Source of the DNA: Raoultibacter sp.
GTDB taxonomy: Bacteria > Actinomycetota > Coriobacteriia > Coriobacteriales > Eggerthellaceae
DNA length: 64,000 nt
Direction of reading: 5' to 3'
Assembly: GCA_036655915.1 (NCBI GenBank)
Contig: JAVVPE010000002.1
Location: forward strand, 362 to 64,361
Program-made: the position numbers and the translations under genes
The notes under the pieces: model-generated
Databases searched by the model: none
Told to the model about the DNA's origin: nothing
The model's input: the letters and a program-made list of their open reading frames with translations, nothing else
In this document: positions 18,245-27,643 of the stretch, in pieces
How the letters are laid out: every line of letters begins with the position of its first letter
Position numbering within the stretch: the first letter of the stretch is position 1

Positions 18245-19540
18245 TTACTGGATGCCCAGCACCTGCATAACCAGCAGTATTGCGGTTAGCAGCGTCACGA
18301 TTCCTACCGATACCCAGAGGATAATCTTTGACAGGGGCTTGCTGCAGTAGGCACCCATGATATGTTTGTCGGCGGCGATGATGGCCATGAAAATCAGCAG
18401 CACGGGCAAAATGATGCCGTTTACAAACTGTGCGGTTAACATGACGCCCATAAGGTCAATGTTGGGCACCAGCACCACGACGGCCGAAAAGGCAATGACG
18501 AAGGTGAAGATGCTCTTGAACAGCGGCGCTTCCTTCCATTTGAACGACACGCCCGCTTCCCAGCCAAACGCTTCGCAGATAACAAATGATGTGGTTAAGG
18601 GCAACACGCACGCAGCCAAAAATGATGCGGCGATAAGCCCTACAGCAAACAGCGCTTCGGCGTAATGGCCGGCAAACGGTGCCAGTGCGCTGGCGGCATC
18701 GGCTGCACTGGTGATTTCGATGCCCTGGGGAAACAGCACGGCGCCCGTGGTAACGATGATGAACCAGGCCACCAGGCAGGCGGCCACGGTGCCTGCTATA
18801 ACATCAACTTTTTGCGAAAAGAAATCTTTGATGCCCACACCTTTTTCCACCACGTTGCTTTGCGCGAAAAACATCATCCAGGGCGCAATGGTGGTGCCTA
18901 TCATGGCTATGACCAGCGAAACGAAGCTCTGATCTTGCACAACGTGCGGCACGACGGTGCTGCTAAGGGCGGCGCCCCAATCGGGGGTGGCCATAAACGC
19001 TGCGATGGCGTAGGTTACAAACACCAGCGACAGTATCAAAAATACCTTTTCCACGCGCTTATAGCTGCCGCCTACCACCAGCAGCCATACGGCAATGGCG
19101 GCGATGGGCACCGAAATGTAGCGGGAAACGCCAAACATTTCCATGCCTGAAGCAATGCCGGCAAATTCCGAAAAGGTGGTGGCAATGTTGCCCACCAGCA
19201 GGGCTAACATAGCCAGCGCGGTAAGGCGGATGCCAAAGCGTTCGCGGATGAGTGCTGCAAAGCCTTTGCCGGTAACGGCACCCATGCGCGCCGCCGTCAT
19301 CTGCACCACAATCAGCAGCACGCACATAACCGGTATAACCCACAGTGCCGTGAACCCGAATTTGGCGCCCACAGTGGAATAGGTTGAAATGCCGCCGGCA
19401 TCGTTGCCCGCCATCGCGGTCACAATGCCCGGGCCCATGGCGGCCAGCAACAACCACATTTTGCCGCGCTGCTTTTTTTCCGGCGCGAGGGTGGCAAGTT
19501 CGTCTGTGGCGGGGGATAGGTCGGTAAGTTTTTCAGTCAT
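18245..19540 (-). CDS. Nramp (SLC11) family transporter with NRMT-like (Mg2+-type) site substitutions
   Basis: Start set at ATG 19540 (GGAGG upstream). TM1 motif is DAGG (19391-19402) instead of DPGN. TM6 motif is IAPW instead of (A/V)MPH. Confidence 0.85.
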   Translation of the reverse strand: MTEKLTDLSPATDELATLAPEKKQRGKMWLLLAAMGPGIVTAMAGNDAGGISTYSTVGAKFGFTALWVIPVMCVLLIVVQMTAARMGAVTGKGFAALIRERFGIRLTALAMLALLVGNIATTFSEFAGIASGMEMFGVSRYISVPIAAIAVWLLVVGGSYKRVEKVFLILSLVFVTYAIAAFMATPDWGAALSSTVVPHVVQDQSFVSLVIAMIGTTIAPWMMFFAQSNVVEKGVGIKDFFSQKVDVIAGTVAACLVAWFIIVTTGAVLFPQGIEITSAADAASALAPFAGHYAEALFAVGLIAASFLAACVLPLTTSFVICEAFGWEAGVSFKWKEAPLFKSIFTFVIAFSAVVVLVPNIDLMGVMLTAQFVNGIILPVLLIFMAIIAADKHIMGAYCSKPLSKIILWVSVGIVTLLTAILLVMQVLGIQ

Positions 19541-19554
19541 GATTTGCCTCCGTC

Positions 19555-20913
19555 CTAGCCGTAGGGGTGAAACCCGATAATTTGAAAGAGGATAAGGGTG
19601 TAGAAAACCAGAAACATGAGGGCGGCCATGCACGCGCCGACCACCTTGATCCAGCGCATCTTCGTTTCGCTTCCTTCGCTATCTTCTTCGATAACATCCA
19701 GAGCGTCGTCGAAGGTGACCAGCCCTAACATGCGCCCGTGTTCATCCACGACAGGCATGGCCAACAGGTCGTATTTTGAAATGTCGGCGGCTACTTCCTC
19801 TTCCGTTTCGTCGGGCAGCGCCATGATCAAATCGGCATACATCACTTCGGCAATGGTGGTGTTGTTGTGCGCCAACACCAGCGTGCGCAGCGAAAGCACG
19901 CCCACCAGTTTTTCGTATTCGTCTAACACGTAAACATAGTGCACGGTGGGATGTTCTTCGGGCAGTTCGCGCAGCACTTCGATGGCTTGGCCCACCGTGT
20001 CGGTTTCGCATACCGAAACGAATTGCGTTGTCATCATGCCGCCAGCGGTTTCATCCTTGTAGCCCAAAAGCGAGCGAATTTCTGCCGCATCTTCAACGCC
20101 CATCAGGCGCAACAGCGTTTCGGCTTTTTCGTAGGAAAGGCCGCGCACAATATCGGCGGCATCGTCGGGGTCCATTTGGCCCAGCAACTTAGAAGCGCGT
20201 GCATCGTCCAAATCGTCAAACACGTCGGCCTGGTATTCGTCTTCCATTTCGGAAATGGCATCGCCGGCCTGGGCATCATCGAGGTGCTGAAACACATTTT
20301 GGCGCTGCTGTGGGTCGAGCTGTTCCAAAATGTCGGCCACGTCGGCGGGGTGCAGTTCGTCCAAACGCTTATGGGAAACGGAAAGCTGCACATCGGAAAG
20401 GTCGCGGTCGAGCAAATCCATATAGTTCCAGGCAATAATTTGCTCGTTGATCTTTTTGCCAAAGGCCTTTGCTACGGCGCATACGGCCGTTTCAAGCCAG
20501 GGGGCAAGCCCGCGCAAAATGCCGCGGAATCCCACTTCAGCGCCTAAAAGTCGCAATTGGCTGCCCGAAGCGGAAAGCTTCAAATCGTTGACGCGCACCA
20601 CTTTCATGCCCTGCGTATCGACAATCTGACGGTTCAGCAAATCGCGCGCAAGCAAAACTTCGTCAGGTTGCAGATAGCTAAAGCGGATGGCGGAAGCGTC
20701 AACTTGCAGCGTGATGCCTTCGTCTTCGTCGAAATCTTCGACATACTTGCGCCATGAAATCATGAAGGGTGTTTTGCCCGGCCCGCGAAATGCAAGGCTG
20801 GTGATGCGGGGGAAGACCTCGCCCGTGGAAATGGCCAGGTCAGAAATGGTGCCGATTTTTTCGCCGGTAGCATCGGTAACCGGCTTGCCCAGTAGGGCGG
20901 AAAGATAAAGCAT
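19555..20913 (-). CDS. PRC-barrel + MgtE N-terminal domain + tandem CBS protein with a single C-terminal TM helix (no MgtE pore domain)
   Basis: N-terminal PRC-like LLGKPVTDATGEKIGTISDL. MgtE_N acidic helices (LHPADVADILEQLDPQQRQ...). Two CBS motifs. Ends in one hydrophobic helix, WIKVVGACMAALMFLVFYTLILF. Confidence 0.8.
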   Translation of the reverse strand: MLYLSALLGKPVTDATGEKIGTISDLAISTGEVFPRITSLAFRGPGKTPFMISWRKYVEDFDEDEGITLQVDASAIRFSYLQPDEVLLARDLLNRQIVDTQGMKVVRVNDLKLSASGSQLRLLGAEVGFRGILRGLAPWLETAVCAVAKAFGKKINEQIIAWNYMDLLDRDLSDVQLSVSHKRLDELHPADVADILEQLDPQQRQNVFQHLDDAQAGDAISEMEDEYQADVFDDLDDARASKLLGQMDPDDAADIVRGLSYEKAETLLRLMGVEDAAEIRSLLGYKDETAGGMMTTQFVSVCETDTVGQAIEVLRELPEEHPTVHYVYVLDEYEKLVGVLSLRTLVLAHNNTTIAEVMYADLIMALPDETEEEVAADISKYDLLAMPVVDEHGRMLGLVTFDDALDVIEEDSEGSETKMRWIKVVGACMAALMFLVFYTLILFQIIGFHPYG

Positions 20914-21157
20914 GGTGGATTCCCTTTTCGTCTTCCCTTGAAAGAGACAGCGATTATAACGTGCAAAAACGCAAGCCGAAGCCGTGCAGGTGTAAAATCT
21001 GTGTCAATACCGAGGGTGATGTGCCGCAGTCGTGTGCCCCGACCGCCGCAAAGGAAGCCGAGGACTAGTTACTGTGAGGTTTCGGTTTTCGAACCTTCAA
21101 GAACTGTCCTTTCCTCGATTGCCGGATGTGTGTTTTCGACTTTCTGCGAGCAGTGCT

Positions 21158-21186
21158 ACAAACAAAAAGCGCCCTTGAGGGCGGTC
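21158..21186 (-). terminator. Probable terminator downstream of tRNA-Arg
   Basis: On the minus strand, a CGCCC-TCAA-GGGCG hairpin followed by CTTTTTGTTTG. Confidence 0.5.
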
Positions 21187-21211
21187 GAAAAACAAAAATG
21201 CTGCAATTAAA

Positions 21212-21288
21212 TGGTGCGCCGTGAGGGATTCGAACCCCCGACGTACTGATTCGTAGTCAGTCCCTCTATCCAGCTGAGGTAACGGCGC
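21212..21288 (-). tRNA. tRNA-Arg (anticodon ACG)
   Basis: Reverse complement folds as a cloverleaf: acceptor GCGCCGT/ACGGCGC, D-arm CCTCAGCTGGATAGAGG, anticodon loop CTACGAA, T-arm GGGGGTTCGAATCCCTC, encoded CCA. Confidence 0.92.
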
Positions 21289-21469
21289 ACGTCAAATGCA
21301 GCAGAAACGATTTTCCCCGAAAACCCCCCGCATGTCAACGGCTAATTTTGAAAGCGCACATTTCCCCAACAAGCACAGCGCTAGCAAGGCGCTTTCTGCC
21401 GAGTTGTGTGTGTGCTTGCCGACAAAACAAGGTATGATACAAAAACGAGTCGGAAAGGTAAGGTGTTTT

Positions 21470-22837
21470 ATGGAAAAGCAGCTCACTCAAGAAGAGCGCA
21501 AAATCGCACTCTACGATCAGTTCAATGACATCAATGCAATCGACCCCTCTTTCTACGAACAATACGATGTGAAGCGCGGCCTGCGCAATAGTGATGGCAC
21601 GGGCGTTGTCGCCGGGGTTACAAACATTTCAAATGTGCACGGCTATGTGCTTTCCGATGGCGATAAAAAGCCTGATGAAGGCATACTTTCTTTTCGCGGC
21701 TACAACGTTTCCGACCTGTTGGCCGCCGCCCCGTTTGAAGGGCGCTTTGGTTTTGAAGAGGTGGCGTATCTGTTGCTTATGGGCGAATTGCCCACGGCCA
21801 CCCAGCTGCGTCAGTTTGTCGCGGTGCTTGATGCCCAGCGCGAACTGCCCGATGGTTTTACCGCATCACGCCTGATGAAGGATACTCCGCATGATTTAAT
21901 GAACACGCTTTCGCGTTCGGTTTTGCTGCTGTATGCCGATGACCCCGATGCGGAAGATCGCTCTCCCGCCCACGAAATTCATACGGCAATTTCGCTGATT
22001 TCGCGCCTGCCGCGCATCATGGTGTTGGCCTATTATGCCAAGCGCGCCGCTTTCTTCAACGAATCCATGATCATGCATCGCTTTGTTCCCGGCCAAACCA
22101 CGGCGGAAACCATTTTATCCATGCTGCGTCCCGATCGTGGGTTTTCTGCCGAAGAAGCGCGCATGCTCGATATCATGCTGTGCCTGCACGCCGAACACGG
22201 CGGCGGCAACAATTCCACATTCACGTGCCGCGTGCTTTCCTCTTCCGATACCGATCCGTATTCCACGTATGCAGCGGCCATTGGCTCGCTGAAGGGCAGC
22301 AAGCACGGCGGCGCAAACCACCAGGTGTTGGCCATGCAGCAGGATTTCAAAGCGAATATCCAGCACTGGGATAACGATGGCGAAGTGGCCGATTATCTTG
22401 CGCGCGTCGTGAACAAGGAAGCCTACGACCGCACCGGCCTTATTTATGGCATGGGGCATGCCGTGTATACAAAGTCGGATCCGCGCGCCATCATCTGCAA
22501 GGATTTCGCCGAACGCCTTGCGGCGGGCACCGAATTTGAGGCCGAACTCAACTTGCTGAAAAGCATCGAGCGTTTGGCACCCGAGGTCATTTTGAAGGAA
22601 AAAGGTACGAAGAAAGATATGTGTGCCAACGTCGATATGTATTCGGGTTTCGTGTATTCCATGATGGGCATTCCGGAAGATTTGTTCACGCCCCTGTTTG
22701 CCTGCGCACGTATGACCGGCTGGGCGGCGCACCGCTTCGAGGAAATAGTGTCGGGCAAGCGCATCATTCGCCCTGCCTACAAATCCACTCGTGCCCAAAA
22801 GCGCCCCTTCATCCCCATGGACGCCCGCCAAGATTAA
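21470..22837 (+). CDS. Citrate synthase
   Basis: Start at ATG 21470 (MEKQLTQEER). Family signatures LHAEHGGGNNSTF and GSLKGSKHGGANHQV. The track ORF extends upstream to 21296 across the tRNA flank. Confidence 0.88.
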   Translation: MEKQLTQEERKIALYDQFNDINAIDPSFYEQYDVKRGLRNSDGTGVVAGVTNISNVHGYVLSDGDKKPDEGILSFRGYNVSDLLAAAPFEGRFGFEEVAYLLLMGELPTATQLRQFVAVLDAQRELPDGFTASRLMKDTPHDLMNTLSRSVLLLYADDPDAEDRSPAHEIHTAISLISRLPRIMVLAYYAKRAAFFNESMIMHRFVPGQTTAETILSMLRPDRGFSAEEARMLDIMLCLHAEHGGGNNSTFTCRVLSSSDTDPYSTYAAAIGSLKGSKHGGANHQVLAMQQDFKANIQHWDNDGEVADYLARVVNKEAYDRTGLIYGMGHAVYTKSDPRAIICKDFAERLAAGTEFEAELNLLKSIERLAPEVILKEKGTKKDMCANVDMYSGFVYSMMGIPEDLFTPLFACARMTGWAAHRFEEIVSGKRIIRPAYKSTRAQKRPFIPMDARQD

Positions 22838-22910
22838 CCCCGCCCCACCCGCAGCCCAGCCAACCCGTAGCCCGACTGGCTAAAGAGAGGGTAGGGTTGG
22901 TAAAAACATC

Positions 22911-22946
22911 CAGTGCATCCACGAAAGCGGGTGCACTGCTTTTTCG
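22911..22946 (+). terminator. Rho-independent terminator after citrate synthase
   Basis: CAGTGCATCC / GGGTGCACTG 10-bp stem (one G-U pair) followed by CTTTTTCG. Confidence 0.7.
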
Positions 22947-22950
22947 TTCG

Positions 22951-24246
22951 CTAATTGCTGCACGCCCGATATATCCTGCTTCTGCCTTCGCCCCGGGCTT
23001 CTATCAGGCCTTCGTCGATCATGCTGTTGAGAAGACGTATGGTGCTTGACTGGGATGATCCGAGTTCTTCCTGGATAAGACGGCGTCCCCTAGGTGCATT
23101 TTCTAGCAGGGAAAGTACTCGCTGCATTTCTTCGCTTGGTTCGCTTTGAGGCTTGGGGCTGTTGTTGAGATTGGGCAAAAATACCGTGAAGGTGTTGGGG
23201 GTTTGAGAGAGGCGTGCGCTTGTGCCGGAGCTCGTATAGCTTTTCATGATGCGCCGGATTCCCGTGCCATAAGCTTCTATCAACTCAAGGCGGAAAAACA
23301 CGTTGGCCAAAAGACGGTTGCGAGGCATTGAGACATGAGCGGAAAGATCGGCTGCTGTCAAGCCTATAGGCAATCCTCCAAGCGAGACAATTTCTACACC
23401 ACTTTGCATCACAGAGATAAGTGTTGGTCCGGAAAGGGCGTATTCTCGATGGACAACGGCATTGAGTAGTGCCTCGCGTAGGGCAACTTCAGGATAATCA
23501 CGATGATCGGTGCGGGTCAGTCCTTTGAATGTGGTTACGTAGTGATTGCGTTGTTCAAGATAGTCAAATGCCTCATCCATTTGCCTAAGAAGGGACCCAG
23601 AAAATTCCGCGCGGTCGGTGAAAGTATCGCGATCGGCTCCTTCAAAAGAAGCTGCCTTGATGGTGGGTGGACACTGGTCGGACAAAAGTCGCGCCAGGTT
23701 AGTGAATAGCCCGTCGGAATTGATAAGCCCAAGCGTGCGTTTCTCGGCATCTCCAAAAGCAAGTTTCTTCTTTGCAAACCACGCACAGGCATATTCGAAA
23801 GAAAGGTTCTGCTCAAAAGACCTCATTGTTTCAAATGCATCGCCATCGGTTGCCTTAATCATGGAGACGATAGCGCTTTCGCCTGCTGGCACACTGGCTG
23901 CGCCACTCCGAACATAAACCCCTTCGGGACGCAGGCCTTTTGCGGCAAGGTAGTAGGGGCGCTTTGTGCCTTTGGCTACGCGAGCAATTACGACGGGCAT
24001 CCCCTCGATCTGCTCTGTAGAAACATGGGTCATCATCACGACATCGGGCTTGATAGCCATTTGCATCTTGTTGGTCAGTTTGAGCATTTCGGCATCACTA
24101 TCTTTGACGCCGACAACTTTACCGCAATCAGCAACTCCGACAAACAAAGAGCCTCCCTCGGTATTGGCGAAGGCCGCTATTGTTTTTATCGCGCTATCAT
24201 TTACCTGTAGCTTGTACTCTGTGGTCATATCTTCTTGGCCCAGCAT
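22951..24246 (-). CDS. AlbA_2 (Schlafen-like) DNA-binding + HATPase_c_4 + C-terminal wHTH protein ('RecG-like' putative transcriptional regulator, COG2865 type)
   Basis: N-terminus EYKLQVNDS...IAAFANTEGGSLFVGV is typical of the AlbA_2 domain. Central REALLNAVVHREY. C-terminal wHTH (RRLIQEELGSSQSSTIRLLNSMIDEGLIE). Confidence 0.8.
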   Translation of the reverse strand: MLGQEDMTTEYKLQVNDSAIKTIAAFANTEGGSLFVGVADCGKVVGVKDSDAEMLKLTNKMQMAIKPDVVMMTHVSTEQIEGMPVVIARVAKGTKRPYYLAAKGLRPEGVYVRSGAASVPAGESAIVSMIKATDGDAFETMRSFEQNLSFEYACAWFAKKKLAFGDAEKRTLGLINSDGLFTNLARLLSDQCPPTIKAASFEGADRDTFTDRAEFSGSLLRQMDEAFDYLEQRNHYVTTFKGLTRTDHRDYPEVALREALLNAVVHREYALSGPTLISVMQSGVEIVSLGGLPIGLTAADLSAHVSMPRNRLLANVFFRLELIEAYGTGIRRIMKSYTSSGTSARLSQTPNTFTVFLPNLNNSPKPQSEPSEEMQRVLSLLENAPRGRRLIQEELGSSQSSTIRLLNSMIDEGLIEARGEGRSRIYRACSN

Positions 24247-24265
24247 GGGTGCCTCCCTGAAATCT

Positions 24266-24304
24266 TTCTAACCAGATTTCTAACCATTCTAACCATTCTA
24301 ACCA
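24266..24304 (-). repeat. Four direct copies of TGGTTAGAA (minus-strand reading) upstream of the AlbA_2 gene
   Basis: Plus strand TTCTAACCA at 24266-24274, 24278-24286, 24287-24295 and 24296-24304. An inverted partial copy GTTAGAA at 24322-24328. Confidence 0.85.
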
Positions 24305-24377
24305 AGATTGTGAATAGAATAGTTAGAATTGAAGGCGGTAAGCTCTGCCCGCCCGTTTACCCGGTTCGGGTGGGCTT

Positions 24378-27300
24378 TTAAACTTCGGAAAGGTCGGCGC
24401 TGTTGATGAGGCAGGCCTTTTCGTTATCAAGCCAGTCAATCCATGAAGTGGTGACCTTAAACCGCACATCCGCTTCGGGGCTGTAACGCGTGATCGTATA
24501 GAGCGGTCCCCCGTTTTTTTCCAGGCTTTGCATGGGGCAGTTGGGGCAAGGTTTATCGTTGTTCCACAGCGCCTTGTGGCACACATCCCCCACGCCTGCC
24601 GAAGGGATGTTTGTGCGGGTTTTGTCGTTTACAAACAGCAGCCTATGCGTGCGCGGATTGCACATGTAAGCGTAGGAATCAAGGTTGTTTATCAGCGAAA
24701 ACGCAACGTCGCTTGTGGCTTGCAGCTGCTCAAATGCGCGCATTTCCGTAATGAAAACGCTTAAGATGTTGGCGAAGTTGCGGTAATCGTTGAGCTCTTC
24801 TGCTTCCGGCGCACGTTGTTGCACGCATTCATCGAAGCCGATAAAGCCCGCGAAGTGCCCCTTGCGCATGATGGAAAACTGCAGCGTCGTTTTAGCATGC
24901 TGCGCTTGAAAGATTTTTTCAAGCGGTGTTTTTGCGGCGGCGGAGTTGGTTAAAAGGAACATGCCTTCCTGGCCAAAGTTGGCGCTATAATCGCCCAGGT
25001 CGGCGTAGGTTAATCCCAGGTTTTCAAGCTGCAGCGGCGCAATGCCTTCGTTGTGCCATTCAAAGGTGCAGCGCGCATGGGTGCCATCTTTGGAATTTTC
25101 CACAACGTAGGCGCGACTGATATGGTAATGCTTGCCTATCAGCTCTAACACCGACTTGATGGCACGCTGCTTGTCTTGTGATTCGAATAGTATGCGAAAC
25201 ACATATTCGCCGATATGGCTTTTTAAGGTGTGTGTCTTGCCTAGTTGCTGGGAATCAATGCGCGAAGGAGGTGCCGTGCTGATCTGCATTGTTGCATCGT
25301 AAAGAGAAAACTGGCTGCGGCCTTTTTGCTTCGCATCATATAAAGCCGTATCCGAATTGCGATACAGCTCGTCGTAGGTGGTGCCGTGCTTGTCGTACAG
25401 GGCAATGCCGACGCTTGTGGTAAGAGTGCGCTCTATTGTGCCTTGCGCGTAGGTTTCCGTTAAGGCGTCGCATATTTCCTGCGCCTTCAAAAACGCTATT
25501 TGCTCGCTGCTGACATTTTTCATGAACACGACAAATTCGTCGCCACCAATGCGCCCTAAAACATCGCCTGTGCGGAAGAGTTCTTTGATTTTTTCGGCGG
25601 ATTGGGATATGACGGCATCGCCGAAAGCGTGCCCAAACTGATCGTTGACTTCCTTGAAATAGTCCAGGTCAACGATAAGAAAAATATGTGTTTCTGTGCC
25701 GCATTCCGTGGATTCCAAGATCTCGTTAATTTTTTCTTCCGTTGTGGCCTTGTTGTAAAAGCCCGTCATTAAATCGTGTTGCGCGTTGTAGCGCAGCGCC
25801 AGTTCCTCCCGCTTTTCTATGTCGATATCTTCAATGTAGGCATAGCACATAAGGTCGTGGGTTTGCACATCTTCAAAAAGCTGCAGCGCGCAGCGAAACC
25901 AACGGTAGTTGTCTTCCGCGTCAAGGCGGCGGTATTCATGTTCCAGATTGTTCACGCCCAAGGTGTAGGCCTGTTTTAGGCTGGCATAGGAAAGAAACGC
26001 GTTCATTGCAGCCCTGTCCTGCGGATGGATTTTTTTCAAAACCTCGGACAGCGTGCTTTCGATGTGGTTCTTTTCGGACGTGACACCCAGCGTCGAGCGC
26101 AGTTGGTCGTATCCGAGCGCCATTGTGTCCTGCGTTATATTGAGTTCATAAATCGTCGTTGCTTTTGAAAGCGTCAGTTCATAGTGCTTGCGTTCTGCCG
26201 CAGCCTGCAGTTCATTTTTTTTGCGTTCGTCTATGTTGAGAGTGTATGCCCTGATATTGATGTCGTTGGTTATTTCGTCTTGCACAATGTTGATTTTTAC
26301 TTCAAACCACAGATAGCCCTTGTTGCGCACCCAGCGGCGATATTCGAATGTGACCAGGCGTTCCCCGTTATGGAAGGCCTCAAGAAGGAAGGTTTGTGAT
26401 TGGCGGGTAGAAAACAGCGCGCGGTCCTCTGGGGCAATGCGCGATTCGCAGATAAGGTGCACAAGTTCTGAAAAAGTGGCCGGTGGATTGATTTCGGCAT
26501 CTTGCGCCCACGAAGAGTTGTGGTAGAGAACTTTATCCTGAGTCACGTTGGCCTCGTATATAAACATGCGCTCGGAAAGCAGCTGGCTGCTGTACTCTTT
26601 TTCCTGATTGAACAGCCGCGTTTCTGTCACGTCTTTGCGCACCCCGATGGCGTAGGCGGGCTTGCCGTCGTTGCCTAAAATGCTGACCATTTGCAGTTCA
26701 AGCGTGCGTTCTGAGCCGTTTACGTCAATGGCGTAGATAGTGGTGGATGCCGCAACAGCACCTTCATCTATTTCCTGATAAAGCTTGCGCAGATTGTTTT
26801 TGCTTCGTGGCGCGATGATGCCAGAATCAATGATGGATTCGATGCCGTTTTCGATAATATTGGGCATGCGATAGGCGTCAAAATCACTGTCTTGGGTGCG
26901 GATCATCTTCGTTTTGATATTGTATTCAAACACGGTCACATCAGAAAAGCTGAGGGCGAGTTCGTTGCGCTTTTGGCTAACCCGCAAGGCTTCCTCAGTA
27001 TTTTTCTGTGCAGATATATCGAGGGTGACGCTTTGGATGACCACCGTTCCGTCTTCTTGTGTCACAAGTGTGCCGCTGTCGAGCACCCAAATAAGGGATC
27101 CATCTTTCCTGGTTAGCTGATAGTCTACCTGGAAGTGTCCCTGGGCGGCGTGTTGGGCATTGATTTCCTTCTGAAGGTTTGCGTGGTCTTCGGGGCGCAT
27201 AACGCACAGGTAATCGCTACCAATAAGTTCGCTGCGCGTGTATCCTGTCAGGGCGGCGGTGCCGTCGTTGGCGTAGAGGATGCGGCACCCTTTGTCGTAT

Positions 27301-27392
27301 TCGCACAGCTTAACACCCACCGCAGTATTGTGGTCAAGTGCTTCAAGCAGCATTAATCCATATGCTTGAGGTGGGCCGCTATTTTCCTGCAT
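24378..27392 (-). CDS. Multi-PAS / GGDEF diguanylate cyclase with C-terminal GAF and Cys-motif PAS-like domains
   Basis: 1004 aa. Several PAS repeats, GGDEF active site RIGGDEFVVF, GAF-like segment (SRAYVVENSKDG...FIGFDEC). Terminal module carries CHKALWNNDKPCPNCP. Confidence 0.85.
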   Translation of the reverse strand: MQENSGPPQAYGLMLLEALDHNTAVGVKLCEYDKGCRILYANDGTAALTGYTRSELIGSDYLCVMRPEDHANLQKEINAQHAAQGHFQVDYQLTRKDGSLIWVLDSGTLVTQEDGTVVIQSVTLDISAQKNTEEALRVSQKRNELALSFSDVTVFEYNIKTKMIRTQDSDFDAYRMPNIIENGIESIIDSGIIAPRSKNNLRKLYQEIDEGAVAASTTIYAIDVNGSERTLELQMVSILGNDGKPAYAIGVRKDVTETRLFNQEKEYSSQLLSERMFIYEANVTQDKVLYHNSSWAQDAEINPPATFSELVHLICESRIAPEDRALFSTRQSQTFLLEAFHNGERLVTFEYRRWVRNKGYLWFEVKINIVQDEITNDINIRAYTLNIDERKKNELQAAAERKHYELTLSKATTIYELNITQDTMALGYDQLRSTLGVTSEKNHIESTLSEVLKKIHPQDRAAMNAFLSYASLKQAYTLGVNNLEHEYRRLDAEDNYRWFRCALQLFEDVQTHDLMCYAYIEDIDIEKREELALRYNAQHDLMTGFYNKATTEEKINEILESTECGTETHIFLIVDLDYFKEVNDQFGHAFGDAVISQSAEKIKELFRTGDVLGRIGGDEFVVFMKNVSSEQIAFLKAQEICDALTETYAQGTIERTLTTSVGIALYDKHGTTYDELYRNSDTALYDAKQKGRSQFSLYDATMQISTAPPSRIDSQQLGKTHTLKSHIGEYVFRILFESQDKQRAIKSVLELIGKHYHISRAYVVENSKDGTHARCTFEWHNEGIAPLQLENLGLTYADLGDYSANFGQEGMFLLTNSAAAKTPLEKIFQAQHAKTTLQFSIMRKGHFAGFIGFDECVQQRAPEAEELNDYRNFANILSVFITEMRAFEQLQATSDVAFSLINNLDSYAYMCNPRTHRLLFVNDKTRTNIPSAGVGDVCHKALWNNDKPCPNCPMQSLEKNGGPLYTITRYSPEADVRFKVTTSWIDWLDNEKACLINSADLSEV

Positions 27393-27552
27393 ACGATGTT
27401 CGCTCCTTAGTTATCAAGCCGAACCCGATTGTAACAGCTGACCCGCTTGATTCACGTGTGGGTTGGGAAACTGTTACCCAATGAGACAAAGCTGGAAGCA
27501 TATAAACTGTGTAGGGAAAAGAAAAAACGAACACCCTTGGAGGGAAACCCGA

Positions 27553-27584
27553 CTTTTGGTTTGTCTGGCGGAGGAGGTAGGATT
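27553..27584 (-). repeat. Orphan duplicate of the tRNA-Ser(TGA) 3' end plus its 3' flank
   Basis: CTTTTGGTTTGTCTGGCGGAGGAGGTAGGATT matches 27668-27698 (the true tRNA 3' end and about 12 nt of flank) apart from one extra T. Confidence 0.8.
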
Positions 27585-27643
27585 CCGTACTTTGTTGGGA
27601 GGCTGATTTTGGTTGGGACAACGCAATCCTAGCTGCTCCTTCG

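Noticed and set aside
20959-21160. Possible M-box or Mn riboswitch in the ~250-bp gap upstream of the MgtE_N/CBS-NRMT operon
   Set aside because: I read both strands and could not find the conserved M-box or yybP-ykoY cores. The only resemblances (GTTACTGTGAGG, AGTGCTACAAAC) are on the wrong strand and wrongly spaced. A TATAAT at 20953-20958 (minus strand) about 36 nt from the ATG suggests a short leader. A covariance-model scan (Rfam) would settle it.
20938-21210. 90-aa + strand ORF in the gap between the MgtE_N gene and tRNA-Arg
   Set aside because: It runs into the tRNA terminator and up to the 3' end of the tRNA gene. It has no RBS and a Cys/Arg/Ser-rich translation, so it is probably non-coding.
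22877-22900. Degenerate similarity to the tRNA-Ser att core (CTGGCTAAAGAGAGGGTAGGGTT versus CTGGCGGAGGAGGTAGGATT) as a distal island boundary
   Set aside because: Only about 12 of 17 aligned positions match, and a gap is needed. This is within chance expectation for a purine-rich stretch. It is mentioned only as something to test by locus comparison.
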